Assembly (NCBI GenBank): GCA_964640195.1
Contig: CAZXIC010000004.1
Coordinates: 22,435-86,434, forward strand
Length of the DNA stretch: 64,000 nt
Direction of reading: 5' to 3'
From: an uncultured archaeon
Lineage (GTDB): Archaea; Iainarchaeota; Iainarchaeia; Iainarchaeales; GCA-2688035
Position numbers and translations under genes: made by a program. How positions within the stretch are numbered: position 1 is the stretch's first letter; every line of letters starts with the position of its first letter. Under the pieces are notes generated by a model. The model saw only the letters and a program-made list of their open reading frames with translations, had not been told where the DNA came from and made no database searches. Shown here piece after piece: positions 61,685 through 64,000 of this stretch.

Positions 61685-63412
61685 TCATTTCTTTGAGGCG
61701 ATTTCTTTAAGCGCTTTTTCAATGAACTTGCCAAGCCTGACAGCGCCGATAACTTTTCCGCTCCGCAGCCTGACAGTAACACTGCCCTGCTTGCATTCCT
61801 TGTCGCCCACGACCAAGATGTAGTTTGCTTTCTGCCCCTGCCAGTCCCTTACCTTGTAAGAAACTGTCTCGTTCCTTGCATCCAGCTCAACCCGCAGTCC
61901 GTTTTCCAGCATATGCTTCCTTGCCTTCTCAGCATATGCCTTGTGCCTGTCCGCAATTGGAATCAGGGCAACCTGCACCGGGCTCAGCCATAAGGGAAAT
62001 GCGCCTGCATAATGCTCAACCAGGATGCCGAAAAACCTTTCCATGCTTCCGTACACAACCCTGTGAATCATAACCGGTTTCCGCGGCTTGTCGTCCTTGT
62101 CAATGTACTGCAAACCAAACTTTTCCGGCATTGAGAAGTCAAGCTGGATGGTTGCGCACTGCCAAGTCCTGCCTATCGCATCCTCTATGTGGAAATCTAT
62201 TTTTGGGCCGTAGAAAGCGCCCTCGCCCTCGTTTAACTTGAACCGCATCTTCTTTTTGCCCAGCGCCTTTTTCAGGGCTCGTTCAGCCTTGTCCCACACT
62301 GCCTTGGCGCCCATTGCGTCAACAGGCCTCGTGCTCAGCTCAACATGGTAAGGGAAGCCAAACACCCTGTAAAACCGGTCAACAAGCTCTATTACGTTGA
62401 TTACCTCTGCCTCTATCTGCTCTTCCGTGCAGTAGATGTGCGCGTCGTCCTGCGTGAATTTCCTCACCCTAAACAGCCCGTTCAGCACCCCTGACTTTTC
62501 ATGCCTGTAAACCGTGCCCAATTCAGCCATCCTAATCGGCAGCTCCCTGTAGCTGTGCCTTCTCGTTTTGTAGACAAGCATTCCGCCTGGGCAGTTCATA
62601 GGCTTTACAGCAAAGTCGACTTCATCTATTTTAGTTAAGTACATGTTATCCTTGTATTGTTCCAAGTGACCGCTTTGATCCCACAGTTACCGGTTTAGAA
62701 ACATTTGGGTGTTTATTTACACAAAGCCGGCTTTTCTGTGCTCTTCCCTCCAGAACCTTGCCAGCTCGTTCCACACAACCATTCCGCGCGGATGAATGAA
62801 CACGCAGCCCGGTGCTTCCGGGTGCATACTGAACAGGTCAAGCTGCTTGCCCAGCAGCAAGTGGTTTCTTTGCTCAGCCTGCTCTCTTTTCTGCAGCCAC
62901 TGCCGCAGCATCTTTTCCTTTGGGAACGAAATCCCATAAATCCTCTGCAGCATCTTGTTTTTCTCATCCCCCCTCCAATAGGCGCCGGCAACCTTGAGCA
63001 GCTTCACTGCCCCAATCTTATCGCTGCTTTTGAGATGCGGTCCCCTGCACAAGTCAGTGAATGAGCCATTGGTGTAAATGCTTACCTTTTGCCCAGGCAG
63101 CTCATTAATCAGCTCAAGCTTGTACTGCTGGCCTTGGAACAGCCTGAGTGCCTCCCCCTTCGAAAGCTCTTTCCTGACGAATTTTTCATTCCTCTTTATT
63201 ATCTCCCGCATCTTGCGCTCAATCTTTTCCAAGTCTTCCGGAGTGAATGCCTTTGGCGCATCAAAGTCATAGTAAAAGCCCTCGGCAATTGATGGTCCGA
63301 TTGCAAACTTCACTTCCGGATACAGTTCTTTCACTGCCGCAGCCATCACGTGGCTTGTTGAGTGCCAGAACCTTTCCCTGTCTTCCTGCTTCTTCCAGTT
63401 GATTTCAGCCAT
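61685..63412 (-). CDS. thrS: Threonyl-tRNA synthetase (bacterial type), one frame interrupted by two in-frame TAA (62717-62719, 62687-62689)
   Basis: HSTSHVMA, DLCRGPH, KPMNCPG, FTQDDAH, GAFYGPKID; both track ORFs are in the same frame. Confidence 0.93.
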
Positions 63413-63526
63413 AAAGGAAAAATAAGCCTGAATTGTTATTTAAAAGTAATGCGTTGTTAAGGCAGCAAACGAAGGAACCAGCAAACCCTATTTAATTGTT
63501 TAATGGCACAAATCCATTGTTGCCCC

Positions 63527-64000
63527 ATGATTTCCGCAAAGCTGTGCGTAAAGTGCAAGGGCAAGCTGTTGTGCGGCTTGAGCTACTGCCCGATTCTGCA
63601 GCGCTATTCCGCGAGGAAAAAAATCGTTTCAGGCATCAGGGGTAACGGCTTCACTGGAAGCAGCCCGCCAAGCCTGTTTGTTTCGTGGCGTGACTATCCC
63701 AAGGTGGCAATCGCCCCCCTGAGCCCTGCTGCAATTATGGACAGCGGGATGCTTGATTTGCCGGAGCAGTGGTTTGGCCTGCCGGCAGAGCAGATTGTTT
63801 CCTTCAGGGAGCGGTTGATAAGGAGCAACAAGAAACTTGATGTGCACGCAGCATCAAACCCAGACAGACAACTTGCTGACATGCAGGAGCTGGCGATGGC
63901 GGAAAAGCCGACCGCAATTGACGTCAGGCTGCACAAAAAGCCTGTGCCAAGGCTTTCCTTCCACGAAAGCGTTGCACCGCTTGGACCAAGCGCACCAATG
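63527..64000 (+). CDS. nreA: Archaeal Nre DNA repair protein (3' truncated by window)
   Basis: LCVKCKGKLLCGLSYCPI, GSSPPSLFV...YPKV, PEQW, APLGPSAP. Confidence 0.88.
   Translation, partial: MISAKLCVKCKGKLLCGLSYCPILQRYSARKKIVSGIRGNGFTGSSPPSLFVSWRDYPKVAIAPLSPAAIMDSGMLDLPEQWFGLPAEQIVSFRERLIRSNKKLDVHAASNPDRQLADMQELAMAEKPTAIDVRLHKKPVPRLSFHESVAPLGPSAPM

Noticed and set aside
12906-62719. Stop-codon reassignment explaining the in-frame TGA and TAA
   Set aside because: TGA and TAA both terminate many conserved genes here at expected positions, and the disruptions are local.

Overview
Gene-dense archaeal chromosome segment. Gene content and style (TATA/BRE promoters, class I CCA enzyme, BHB tRNA introns, bacterial-type ThrRS and iPGM, many basic orphan ORFs) suggest a DPANN lineage, possibly Iainarchaeota-like; this is an inference. 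Housekeeping content: the rnp4-rps19e-PDCD5-rpl39e-rpl31e-eIF6-rpl18a-pfdA-ftsY cluster, tmk, dnaG, hjc, pth2, arsR-iscS-iscU, nurA-herA, rad50, rpoK, rps17e, EF-1beta, cca, thpR, taw3, elp3, pelota, ABCE1, gpmI, thrS, nreA, three tRNAs and a full type IV pilus locus (49.9-61.6 kb). Most notable: (1) a tandem array of three large genes (5.8-12.4 kb) in which a conserved promoter plus pilin N-terminal cassette, matching the likely major pilin at 57.2 kb, is fused to unrelated glycan-active cargo (GH20-like with CBM, alpha/alpha-barrel-like, LamG), a candidate pilus-display system; (2) an HTH-LAGLIDADG gene whose stop codon lies inside a two-intron tRNA-Gly; (3) a tRNA-Gly intron carrying a 50-bp tandem repeat; (4) an intein at the first cluster-ligating Cys of IscU; (5) a 76-bp exact duplication shared by the tails of L31e and S19e; (6) a dispersed hairpin repeat. 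Several local disruptions (two in-frame TAA in thrS, two apparent 1-nt deletions) look like consensus errors and need read-level checks. All family calls are motif recognition by eye, not database searches.
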